NCBI GenBank assembly: GCA_045605805.1
Contig: JAZUQR010000003.1
Coordinates: 1-22,850 of the forward strand
Direction of reading: 5' to 3'
Origin: Alphaproteobacteria bacterium
GTDB taxonomy: Bacteria > Pseudomonadota > Alphaproteobacteria > CAAHEQ01 > UBA3637
Length of the DNA stretch: 22,850 nt
Below the pieces are notes generated by a model. It was not told where the DNA came from and did not search any database. It saw only the letters and a list, made by a program, of their open reading frames with translations. Positions 8,548 through 16,216 of the stretch are shown here, piece after piece (within the stretch, counting starts at the first letter, position 1; every line of letters begins with the position of its first letter). A program made the translations under genes and the position numbers.

Positions 8548-9426
8548 ATGACAAAAAATACACATAAAAAACATACTCTTGCTCACCCCCCCAAGCATCA
8601 TGAAGCCCATGCTAAATGTGATTGTGGTTGTGAATGCAAGGAAGAACACAAGTGCGGATGTGGATGCGGTTGCTGCAAATGTGGCCCGATTCATCTGATC
8701 AGTCTTAGCTTGATTGGATTGGCTTTAATCTTGTCCGCTTGGGCTTTGGTGAAAAAACCTTGTTCTGAGTTTATGGATAAGTATTTGAACAACTACATCA
8801 ACAAAAATCCAAAGGTGATTGCTGATTCCGTTGAAAGATACTATCGTGATTTAGACGAAAAACGCCGTGCCGAAGAAAGAGCAAAACCAAAAATTGCTCC
8901 GGCAGAAATCGTGGCCAAAATTGTCAATGACAAAACAAACTATTCTTTGGGTAATCCAAATGGCAAGTTTGTTATTATTGAATTCTTTGATCACAATTGC
9001 GGTTGGTGCAAACGCACAAATGCTGCCATGGCAGAAGCCTTGAAAAAACCAGAAGCCAAAAACATTCGCTGGATTCCAATTGATACACCTATCTTCGGTG
9101 AAGGTTCTGAATTGATTGCCCGCTATGTGTTGGCTGCCGGTAAACATGGTAAATATGCTCAAATGCATGAAGCTGTGGGTGCCAACAAAGGTAAATTAGA
9201 CGAAGCCGCTTTGAAAGCATTGGCCACAAAAATTGGTTTGGATGCCGAAAAAGTTCAAAAAACAGCGAACAGCGATGAAATCAAAAACAAATTGGTTGCC
9301 AATCGTGACTTCACTCGTGCTTTGAACATTGGTGGTGTGCCGATGTTGATTGTGAACGGTAAAGTTCACCCAGGCGCTTTGTTTGGTGAAGATTTGGATG
9401 CTGTTGTGGCCGAATCTGCCAAATAA
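8548..9426 (+). CDS. DsbA/Com1-like thioredoxin-fold protein with N-terminal His/Cys-rich segment and TM anchor
   Basis: AAGGAG RBS before ATG 8548; EFFDHNCGWCK CxxC; IGGVP cis-Pro loop; LGNPNG motif. Confidence 0.85.
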   Translation: MTKNTHKKHTLAHPPKHHEAHAKCDCGCECKEEHKCGCGCGCCKCGPIHLISLSLIGLALILSAWALVKKPCSEFMDKYLNNYINKNPKVIADSVERYYRDLDEKRRAEERAKPKIAPAEIVAKIVNDKTNYSLGNPNGKFVIIEFFDHNCGWCKRTNAAMAEALKKPEAKNIRWIPIDTPIFGEGSELIARYVLAAGKHGKYAQMHEAVGANKGKLDEAALKALATKIGLDAEKVQKTANSDEIKNKLVANRDFTRALNIGGVPMLIVNGKVHPGALFGEDLDAVVAESAK

Positions 9427-9444
9427 GAAAATCGGTTGATTTTG

Positions 9445-9480
9445 AACAGGGGCTTTTGAACAAAAGGCTCCTGTTTTTTT
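9445..9480 (+). terminator. Intrinsic terminator after DsbA-like gene
   Basis: AACAGGGGCTTTTG / CAAAAGGCTCCTGTT stem plus T-run. Confidence 0.75.
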
Positions 9481-9519
9481 ATGCTTGCTTTTTTTTTGAA
9501 AAAGTGTCATTTTACTTTT

Positions 9520-10350
9520 ATGCGGTTATCAAGTCCATCTTTTTTATTATTATCTGTGTGCTGTTTTTGTTTAAGTGCCTGTAATGTTGTGCGTGTCAAC
9601 AAAGGCGACACACTGTACAGCATTGCCAGACGAGAAAATGTTTCGGTGCGTTCTTTGATTGAAAGAAACGACATTAAAGCTCCCTATCGCATTTTTGTTG
9701 GCCAGCGATTATTTATTCCTCGCCAAAGATATTACACTGTGCGCAAAAAGGACACTTTATACAGTATTGCCAAAAAACACGATATGACGGTGTCGCAACT
9801 TTCCCGTTTGAACAACATTCAAGCGCCCTATACCCTTTCTATCGGTCAAAAATTAAAGCTGACAGAGTGGGATAATCCCCCCCCATCAACTTCGGCAAAG
9901 GCGGGGGTAAAAACACAAAAGAAAACCGCCAAAGCCACCAAAATATCCAAGCCTGTTTCCATTCCCAAAGCTGCACAAGCCAAGCGTTTTGACAAGCCTG
10001 CGGCTGGCAAAATCATTCAAGGATTCAGCTCAACGGAAAATGCGCACAACGAAGGTATCAACATTGCCGGCAAACTTGGTGATCCGATTAAGGCGGCAGA
10101 TGCCGGTCAAGTTGTCTATGCCGGCAACGAATTAAAAGGATATGGTAATTTGGTTTTAGTTAAACACAAGGATGGCTGGATTACGGCCTATGCCCATAAT
10201 GATAAATTGCTGGTGAAAAAAGGGGCGCAAGTGGCTCGTGGTCAAAAGATTGCCACAATGGGCCAAACAGGCAGTGTGAAGTCGCCTCAATTACATTTTG
10301 AAGTAAGATATAAAACCAAGGTTGTTGATCCGGCAAAGTATTTGCGATAA
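9520..10350 (+). CDS. LysM-LysM-M23 lipoprotein (NlpD-like amidase activator)
   Basis: Lipobox LSAC; two GDTLYSIA/KDTLYSIA LysM domains; M23 motifs NEGINI, YGNLVLVKH, AYAHN, PQLHFE. Confidence 0.9.
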   Translation: MRLSSPSFLLLSVCCFCLSACNVVRVNKGDTLYSIARRENVSVRSLIERNDIKAPYRIFVGQRLFIPRQRYYTVRKKDTLYSIAKKHDMTVSQLSRLNNIQAPYTLSIGQKLKLTEWDNPPPSTSAKAGVKTQKKTAKATKISKPVSIPKAAQAKRFDKPAAGKIIQGFSSTENAHNEGINIAGKLGDPIKAADAGQVVYAGNELKGYGNLVLVKHKDGWITAYAHNDKLLVKKGAQVARGQKIATMGQTGSVKSPQLHFEVRYKTKVVDPAKYLR

Positions 10351-10420
10351 AGTATGGATGAACTATCCCCGCCTTGACTTCACTCAACATCAAGCTATTT
10401 TTTGTTTTTTCTTTACCAAA

Positions 10421-10456
10421 AATCCCCCGATTTTTATGTCGGGGGAAGTTTTTTTG
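10421..10456. terminator. Hairpin terminator between convergent genes; repeat copy 1
   Basis: TCCCCCGA / TCGGGGGA stem plus T-run; near-identical to 22710-22744. Confidence 0.75.
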
Positions 10457-10470
10457 AGAGGGATAAGTTA

Positions 10471-11275
10471 TTACTTGCATTTGTCACTGTCTGTGGAATA
10501 CTTGCCCCCAGTGCGTCCATAGTCTTCATTATAATATGTTGTATACTCTTTACCATTTGAGCAACATACGCCATTTTTAAATTCAACATTTTCAAATTTT
10601 TCACCGCTGTACATATCTGCCAAAGGACATCCACAATTTGTAATATCAACTTGACTGTACATCATCGAACTCTCTTCCCCTAGCTCAGATAGTGCCAAGC
10701 CATAACGGCTGCAACAAGTTCCATTTTGCAGGGATACAAGATTTGGGTCAGATATATTTTCACCCACTTCATTCCAAAGTTCTCCCCATTCAACTATACC
10801 TCCCACAGGACATCCACAATTTGGAATATCAACTTTAGTGTAGACATGTTGAGAAGATTGGATCCGTTGATATGCTAAGTTATATTCACTGCAACAAACA
10901 TTCCCCTTCTGATAAACTACATCTTGGTCTGCGCCCCACATATCCGCCACATCTCCTTTGGGACAACCACACTCTGAGATATCTACCTCATAGTACCCTA
11001 AGTACCCTAACTCAGAGGATTGGCTTAATTTTCCACCATTAGAAGTACAACAAACATTATTTTTTGTTTGATAAACATTCTCTCCCAAAGCATCAGCTGT
11101 TTCGTTTGATGGACAACCACAGACAGCCGGATTGAGCACGCTATAAGAAGTACCAGAATATTCAAAACCATCATAACAACAGGTCTGTCCATCACTTCCT
11201 AATTCACCTATAACAGTTCTGCTGTCGTTTGTACCATTTGTCCATTCTATAGAGGCCTCTGGACATCCACACTGG
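10471..11275 (-). repeat. Five degenerate ~50-60 aa Cys-rich protein repeats (CGCP-x(18-30)-CC-x(n))
   Basis: CGCPEAS, CGCPSNE, CGCPKGD, CGCPVGG and CGCPLAD units, each with a downstream CC; Y-x-x-VDI in three linkers. Confidence 0.85.
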
Positions 11276-11898
11276 TCGTTTTGACAAACCTGTGTACCCG
11301 GACACTCAGTCTCTGCATCACAGGAACAAACTGGTTGTGTACAATTATTCCCATTATCGGGACAACATGCCGTTGTTTCTTTCGTATCACAGTTATAGAC
11401 CTGCACAACAGTGCCTGTGCAGGTGGGTTCTTGTGGGGTATCCGTGCCTTCGCCGCCTGTGCTACCGCTGCCGGTGACAGGGCTGAGGTCATTATTATAG
11501 GTGAAGGTCATATCGCCTCCATCACACCCTTCTGCTGTGTCAGGGCTAATGGTGGCATTATCCCAATCCAATGCCAAAATCTTTTTACACACTTCTTCTG
11601 GCACAGCTTGAACCGTCATTGAAAACTTACCCTCAGTAGCAGTACCTACTTGATTATCTGTTGTATAATCCCCTACTTGATTGTTAAAACCATTCAGACT
11701 TGCGGTTTGCCCTAATTGGCGTTGCGCAGACACAACAACTGCTCGTTTCATTAAGTCGGCTGCCACGCTATTGGCCCGATGCTTGTTCATGGCCAGCGTA
11801 TAGCCCGAAATACCGCCCACAGACAGCACGCCTATCACAGCCAAAACGCCCAGCATTTCAACCATAGAACGGCCAGATTCTTGTTTGATTTGTTTCAT
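10471..11898 (-). CDS. Type IV pilin-like protein (class III signal) with C-terminal Cys-rich repeats
   Basis: AAGGAG RBS; QESG|RSMVEMLGVLAVIGVLSVGG prepilin-like N-terminus with E+5; five CGCP...CC repeats. Confidence 0.85.
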   Translation of the reverse strand: MKQIKQESGRSMVEMLGVLAVIGVLSVGGISGYTLAMNKHRANSVAADLMKRAVVVSAQRQLGQTASLNGFNNQVGDYTTDNQVGTATEGKFSMTVQAVPEEVCKKILALDWDNATISPDTAEGCDGGDMTFTYNNDLSPVTGSGSTGGEGTDTPQEPTCTGTVVQVYNCDTKETTACCPDNGNNCTQPVCSCDAETECPGTQVCQNDQCGCPEASIEWTNGTNDSRTVIGELGSDGQTCCYDGFEYSGTSYSVLNPAVCGCPSNETADALGENVYQTKNNVCCTSNGGKLSQSSELGYLGYYEVDISECGCPKGDVADMWGADQDVVYQKGNVCCSEYNLAYQRIQSSQHVYTKVDIPNCGCPVGGIVEWGELWNEVGENISDPNLVSLQNGTCCSRYGLALSELGEESSMMYSQVDITNCGCPLADMYSGEKFENVEFKNGVCCSNGKEYTTYYNEDYGRTGGKYSTDSDKCK

Positions 11899-11920
11899 TT
11901 TATTCTCCTTTTTTTGTTAT

Positions 11921-11962
11921 AAAAAAACACCGGCCGATGGCTTGTGGCCATCCGGTCGGTGC
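11921..11962 (-). terminator. Intrinsic terminator/attenuator in the pilin 5' leader
   Basis: Minus strand GCACCGACCG-GATGGC-CACAA-GCCATC-GGCCGGTG then T7, ending just upstream of the pilin RBS. Confidence 0.85.
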
Positions 11963-11998
11963 GGTTAAAGTTTATCAAACAGCGGGCGTTGCCCCCTG

Positions 11999-12091
11999 TT
12001 ATGAAGAATTGGCAATACCCCCCCCCCGGACAATTTTTTCGTTATTTTTCAAGGGGTTAGTGACTCTTTCTTGAATCTTTACTTGAAGCAT
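11999..12091 (-). CDS. Leader peptide (30 aa) with poly-G tract, upstream of attenuator; missing from ORF track
   Basis: GGGAGG RBS at 12101-12096; MLQVKIQERVTNPLKNNEKIVRGGGIANSS*. Confidence 0.7.
   Translation of the reverse strand: MLQVKIQERVTNPLKNNEKIVRGGGIANSS
12018..12027 (-). repeat. G10 homopolymer (C10 on + strand), simple-sequence contingency repeat
   Basis: ggcaata-CCCCCCCCCC-gga; longest G/C run noticed in this AT-rich window. Confidence 0.9.
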
Positions 12092-12112
12092 TGTGCCTCC
12101 CTTCACATATCC

Positions 12113-12141
12113 TTTCTACACGATATATTATAGAATGTCAA
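12113..12141 (-). promoter_or_regulatory. Putative promoter for leader-pilin transcript
   Basis: TTGACA (12141-12136), 17 nt, TAGAAA; a TATAAT also lies at 12132-12127. Confidence 0.5.
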
Positions 12142-12153
12142 GAAAAAAAACAC

Positions 12154-12182
12154 TTGCATTTTGTTTTTGCTTTTTGTATAAT
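12154..12182 (+). promoter_or_regulatory. Promoter for tRNA-Pro
   Basis: TTGCAT-17-TATAAT. Confidence 0.75.
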
Positions 12183-12192
12183 GATTTTCAAT

Positions 12193-12269
12193 CGGAGGGT
12201 GGCTCAGCCTGGTAGAGCACTACGTTCGGGACGTAGGGGTCGTGAGTTCGAATCTCATCCCTCCGACCA
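12193..12269 (+). tRNA. tRNA-Pro(CGG)
   Basis: CGGAGGG acceptor stem, GCTCAGCCTGGTAGAGC D-arm, CTACG-TT-CGG-GA-CGTAG anticodon arm, GTTCGAATC T-loop, CCA end. Confidence 0.97.
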
Positions 12270-12274
12270 ATTAC

Positions 12275-12307
12275 AAAAAGCGAAAGGGTATCCTTCCGCT
12301 TTTTTTT
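12275..12307 (+). terminator. Terminator after tRNA-Pro (repeat copy)
   Basis: AAAAAGCGAAAGG / CCTTCCGCTTTTT stem plus T8. Confidence 0.75.
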
Positions 12308-12464
12308 GTTTTGTTTCCAAGAACTTATAAATTCGCATGTCCAACTGTCAAAAATGCTCATTTTCAGCCATCTACGAACTCTTGACTCAAAAAATCCTTA
12401 TTTTTCAATACCCGCCCTCTGGGAACCTAAAACACAAATGCCAGAAAATAGACCTGAAAATTTA

Positions 12465-12494
12465 AAAAACGAGATAGTTTCCTATCTCGTTTTT
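12465..12494 (-). terminator. Terminator ending the methyltransferase-rSAM-peptide operon
   Basis: Perfect 13-bp stem AAAAACGAGATAG / CTATCTCGTTTTT just past the peptide stop. Confidence 0.85.
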
Positions 12495-12500
12495 CTTGAT

Positions 12501-12602
12501 TTAGTTAGAATGTTTACCTTGGCAATTTGGATGATGATTGCTTGATCCACAACCCATTGCTAAAACTCTTGCCGTATTTACTGCTTTTTTAACAATCTTC
12601 AT
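12501..12602 (-). CDS. Putative RiPP precursor peptide (33 aa); missing from ORF track
   Basis: GAAAGGAG RBS; MKIVKKAVNTARVLAMGCGSSNHHPNCQGKHSN*; overlaps the rSAM end and is followed by a terminator. Confidence 0.8.
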   Translation of the reverse strand: MKIVKKAVNTARVLAMGCGSSNHHPNCQGKHSN

Positions 12603-13881
12603 TGTTTTCTCCTTTCATAAGATTAGACACACTAGAGAACAAAGACTCTTTCTCTGTTCCAACGTAAGTATAATACTTTTTCAAAAACTCGTCAATATCA
12701 TATTGTAAAAAAATGCATGGATTCCCAATTTTACAAAATTGTTTACCTCCACATAAGAATATGCTGGGACACTTTAAGCATTCCTCATCAAAGGGAGAGA
12801 TTCGTTTCGTTTCAAAAAGTTCTTTTAATTTATCTACATCCGAGGCGACCTCCTTTATTTTAGAAATTCTATCCTTGTATTTTTGACCACTACAAACGGT
12901 GAGAGAACCATCGGGCATCACTTTTAAATTATATGGCGCATATGCTCTGCAATAAGAATAAATCGGTCTGGGAAAATCGACATGTATGTTGTTTTTTAAC
13001 AAAATATCAATTGCCGTGTGGATATACCACTTGGAAAATTCCTGGAATGCAACTTGTGCCTTATATTCATTATAAGAAAAATCAACGATTGGAGCAATTT
13101 CCATATATTCAACCCAAGGCAAATTTTCTTTAATAAAGCTGATAAAGTCTTGAAAGGTTTTCATTGTCTCAGGACTAACATTACTACGAATCCGAAGTTG
13201 TCGTTTTTCATTAAATAAATCTGCGCATTCTCTTAGATTCTTTATAATAATATCAAAAGACCCCTTTCCGTCTGGAAAAATACGTTTTGTATCATGATCT
13301 CGTTTGTCTGACAATGTCAAATTAATATACAGTTGTTCAAACTTCTCATAAAAAGCCCGTGTTAACAACACGCCATTTGTATCAATTGCATAAGAAATTT
13401 GTTGTGGAGAAATATATTTTTCTAATTGTTTTTTAAAATATAAAATTCGAGATTGCCCTAGAAGAGGTTCTCCCCCAAAAAAATCCACCGCTATTGTTTT
13501 AAAATGATATTTTTTTTGACATTCTACGATATACTTTACTGTCTCATCTAAATTTTCTTCTGAAATAACGCCAGAATCTTTAGAATCATTTTGGGAACAA
13601 TAAACACACCTCAAATTGCAGGCCTGAGTCATACTGATTGTTATAATCAGAGTATCTTGAACTTTTTTACGCTGATTTAAAAGATACTCTAAAGACTTCT
13701 TTTCAGAATCAAAAAAGCCCAAATCTTTCATTTGGGTGTATTCTTCACCTTCAAGAATCACTTTCTTTCCATTTACTTTACTTTTTTGTAAAGCAACAAT
13801 TGCTTCATTGATGGTATTATACAATAAAAATTCATCATTACAGGGTGTAATATGAACATATTTACTTAAACTTTTTTCCAT
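12589..13881 (-). CDS. Radical SAM/SPASM-domain peptide maturase with probable N-terminal RRE
   Basis: CNLRCVYC, FFGGEPLL, DTNG, DGKGSF, SPASM-like C...PDGSLTVC...CLKCPSIFLCGG...C...C; GAAAGGA RBS favours ATG 13881 over 13905. Confidence 0.9.
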   Translation of the reverse strand: MEKSLSKYVHITPCNDEFLLYNTINEAIVALQKSKVNGKKVILEGEEYTQMKDLGFFDSEKKSLEYLLNQRKKVQDTLIITISMTQACNLRCVYCSQNDSKDSGVISEENLDETVKYIVECQKKYHFKTIAVDFFGGEPLLGQSRILYFKKQLEKYISPQQISYAIDTNGVLLTRAFYEKFEQLYINLTLSDKRDHDTKRIFPDGKGSFDIIIKNLRECADLFNEKRQLRIRSNVSPETMKTFQDFISFIKENLPWVEYMEIAPIVDFSYNEYKAQVAFQEFSKWYIHTAIDILLKNNIHVDFPRPIYSYCRAYAPYNLKVMPDGSLTVCSGQKYKDRISKIKEVASDVDKLKELFETKRISPFDEECLKCPSIFLCGGKQFCKIGNPCIFLQYDIDEFLKKYYTYVGTEKESLFSSVSNLMKGENNEDC

Positions 13882-14602
13882 TAAAATCCTTTCGTGTAAA
13901 TTCATAACACGCCAACGAAGCAGCGGTTTGAAGATTCAAACTATCTATATCATGCGTGTGTGAAATCAAAAGGGGTTCGCCAACTTTTAAAAAATCATCA
14001 GGCAAACCCGCTCCCTCGTTTCCAAAAATCAGCGCATAAGGTTTTTGGATTCTTTGTAAATTTTGTAGAGTGTTTTTCGCTTTTAACATAAAGGGATGAA
14101 AATGATAATTTTGAAAATGCTCTTGGTACAATTCAAACGAAGCAAAGTATTGAATATTTACTTGAAAAAAAGCCCCCATGGATGCACGAATACATTTAGG
14201 ATCAAAAGCATCTACGGCTGGTCGAATAATCGCTATGTCTTTGATTCCAAATCCTAAACAACTGCGGATAATCGTTCCCATATTTCCCGTATTAGAAGGA
14301 TTTACCAAAACAACATGATTGTTTGAAGAAGAAAGGATCTGTTCACTTTTCTTAAACACACCAATAGCAAAGCAATTTTCTTTTGGCGATAAAATACCAA
14401 AAGGTTTTGTGCCTTGTAATATAGGTATGTTTTTTGCTTTAGCTAAATCTTTTATTTTCCATTCCAATTCTGATGAAAGGTCAGAATGAAGATAAATTGT
14501 AACTATGCTTTCTGAACGATACTTCAACAAATCCAAAACAGGAGCTACACCTAAAGCATAGCTTTCCGAATTTTCCTTTTTATAACGAATAAAATGTGGC
14601 AT
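13862..14602 (-). CDS. SpoU/TrmH-family RNA 2'-O-methyltransferase
   Basis: NPSNTGNMGTIIRS, RASMGA, IFGNEGAGL, IDSLNL SPOUT motifs; GGAG RBS before ATG 14602. Confidence 0.92.
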   Translation of the reverse strand: MPHFIRYKKENSESYALGVAPVLDLLKYRSESIVTIYLHSDLSSELEWKIKDLAKAKNIPILQGTKPFGILSPKENCFAIGVFKKSEQILSSSNNHVVLVNPSNTGNMGTIIRSCLGFGIKDIAIIRPAVDAFDPKCIRASMGAFFQVNIQYFASFELYQEHFQNYHFHPFMLKAKNTLQNLQRIQKPYALIFGNEGAGLPDDFLKVGEPLLISHTHDIDSLNLQTAASLACYEFTRKDFNGKKFK

Positions 14603-14627
14603 AAAAACTCCATCAGTTGATTTTGTC

Positions 14628-14656
14628 ATTATACAAAAAGGGAAAAAGAATGTCAA
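14628..14656 (-). promoter_or_regulatory. Consensus sigma70 promoter driving the islet operon
   Basis: TTGACA (14656-14651), 17 nt, TATAAT (14633-14628). Confidence 0.85.
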
Positions 14657-14716
14657 TACAAGAATTTTTTAACAAAAAAGAATTCATGAATTGCGCATTC
14701 ATTCCGACCAATAACT

Positions 14717-14748
14717 AAAAGCGGAAGAATATCCTTCCGCTTTTTTTT
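14717..14748. terminator. Terminator at right islet boundary (repeat copy); may also end aaxC
   Basis: AAAAGCGGAAG / CTTCCGCTTTT stem plus T8. Confidence 0.75.
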
Positions 14749-14770
14749 GATAAAGGGCTGGGATGTGGTA

Positions 14771-16216
14771 TCACAGTTTGATAATACCTCGGGCAAATGC
14801 ATATACGGCAAATACAGAAACACAAATCAACGCAATCGCCAACACTTTTTCGGCAAAAGTCATTTTGTTTGATTTATCTTTTGCCCACAAATAAACCGGC
14901 AAACCCATAGCAATAAAAATAACTGCCATCAACAAATAATCCAAGCCAGCCGCATAAATCAACCATGTGGCATACCCTGCCCCCAGAACACCTGTCATCC
15001 GAGCGCCCCAACGGGACACACCACTCACCTCCTCGTCTTCACAAATCTTCCACAGGTATAAACAGCTGAACAAATAAGCAGGCAACACCATCACCCCTGT
15101 AATAGACAACATGGTATTCCATGCGTTATTGGAAAAATACACCAACAACATGGCCAACTGCATCAAAGCGGAAGTAATCCAAAGCGAAACACTTGGCGCA
15201 CCAGCTTTATTTTCTGTAGCAAAAGCCTTAGGAAAAGTGCCATTTTGAGCCATAGATTCGGGCATTTGTGCTGTAATCATAGTCCAACTGAGCCAACTGG
15301 CCAACACAGCAATAATCAAACCGATATTCATCATCCATGCGCCCCATTTGCCGACGACTAATTCCAAGACACCAGCCGTAGATGGGTTCGCAATACCAGC
15401 CAACTTTGCCTGTGACAGATAGCCAAACGGCAATACTGACAATAAAACATAGATAGCCAAACACCCCAAAAATCCCAAAATTGTTGCTTTTCCAACATCC
15501 TGTTGGCTTTTGGCACGACCAGACAAAACAACTGCCCCTTCAATGCCGATAAACGACCACAATGTCACTAACATACAATTTTTAACCTGTTCACCAACAT
15601 CACCTAATTTTGTTTTATGCAAAGCACCCCAAAAGTCAAAATCAAAGCGATCTATATGAAACACAAAAATCATAATTATACAGAACAAAATCAATGGCAC
15701 AATTTTTGCTATTGTTGCAATTAAATTGATTAAAGTTGCTTGTTGCACACCACGCAACACAAGGCAATTAAATCCCCAAATCAACAACGATCCGCCAACA
15801 ATACTGGCAAAATTATTGCCGCCCGCAAAAACACCAGGAAAAAAATAGTTCAGCGCATCCATTGTAATCACTGCATAGCCGACATTGCCACAGATTTGAC
15901 ACAGCCAATAGCTCCACCCGATATTAAAGCCCATATACGGGCCAAAACCAGACTCGGCATACATATAAATACCTGATGTTAAATTGGGCCGCAAGCCTGC
16001 CAACAACCGAAAAGTATTGGCAATAAACCAAATCCCTAAACCGGTAATCAACCATGCAATCAATACACCGCCAACACTGGCTGAAACAGCCATATTTTGT
16101 GGCAGAGAAAAAATGCCACCGCCTATCATAGAACTAACAACAATACCAGCCAAACCAAACAATCCCAATTTGCCTGAGGCAGAGACTTGTTGCGTTTTTT
16201 TTGTCTTTTTTACCAT
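14771..16216 (-). CDS. aaxC: Arginine/agmatine antiporter (APC family, AaxC/ArcD-like)
   Basis: [27 protein letters not shown] motifs; about 12 TM segments; AAGGAG RBS before ATG 16216; adjacent to aaxB. Confidence 0.85.
   Translation of the reverse strand: MVKKTKKTQQVSASGKLGLFGLAGIVVSSMIGGGIFSLPQNMAVSASVGGVLIAWLITGLGIWFIANTFRLLAGLRPNLTSGIYMYAESGFGPYMGFNIGWSYWLCQICGNVGYAVITMDALNYFFPGVFAGGNNFASIVGGSLLIWGFNCLVLRGVQQATLINLIATIAKIVPLILFCIIMIFVFHIDRFDFDFWGALHKTKLGDVGEQVKNCMLVTLWSFIGIEGAVVLSGRAKSQQDVGKATILGFLGCLAIYVLLSVLPFGYLSQAKLAGIANPSTAGVLELVVGKWGAWMMNIGLIIAVLASWLSWTMITAQMPESMAQNGTFPKAFATENKAGAPSVSLWITSALMQLAMLLVYFSNNAWNTMLSITGVMVLPAYLFSCLYLWKICEDEEVSGVSRWGARMTGVLGAGYATWLIYAAGLDYLLMAVIFIAMGLPVYLWAKDKSNKMTFAEKVLAIALICVSVFAVYAFARGIIKL

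Larger units (their letters stand above)
12262..14749. mobile_element. Genomic islet inserted at tRNA-Pro 3' end (no integrase present)
   Basis: Direct repeats TCCGACCAA (12262-12270 / 14703-14711) and TATCCTTCCGCTTTTTTTTG (12289-12308 / 14730-14749); visibly AT-richer cargo. Confidence 0.7.

Noticed and set aside
9876-9883. Short C-run inside the LysM/M23 gene as a phase-variation tract
   Set aside because: Short run encoding Pro codons in a linker of an intact housekeeping gene.
10040-10310. Degenerate M23 zinc ligands as a sign of pseudogenisation
   Set aside because: Loss of HxxxD/HxH ligands is normal for NlpD/EnvC-type amidase activators.
10471-11275. CRISPR array or DGR template/variable repeat in the pilin repeats
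   Set aside because: Repeats are conserved at protein level only, with no identical DNA repeats, no adenine-specific variant pair, and no cas or reverse transcriptase gene in the window.
11900-12100. Riboswitch (e.g. c-di-GMP) upstream of the pilin-like gene
   Set aside because: No recognisable aptamer consensus; the uORF, poly-G and terminator explain the region better. An Rfam scan would settle it.
12091-12545. ORFs 12091-12330 and 12306-12545 (+)
   Set aside because: The first overlaps tRNA-Pro and its promoter. The second has a TTG start without an RBS and runs antisense into the peptide gene and terminator.
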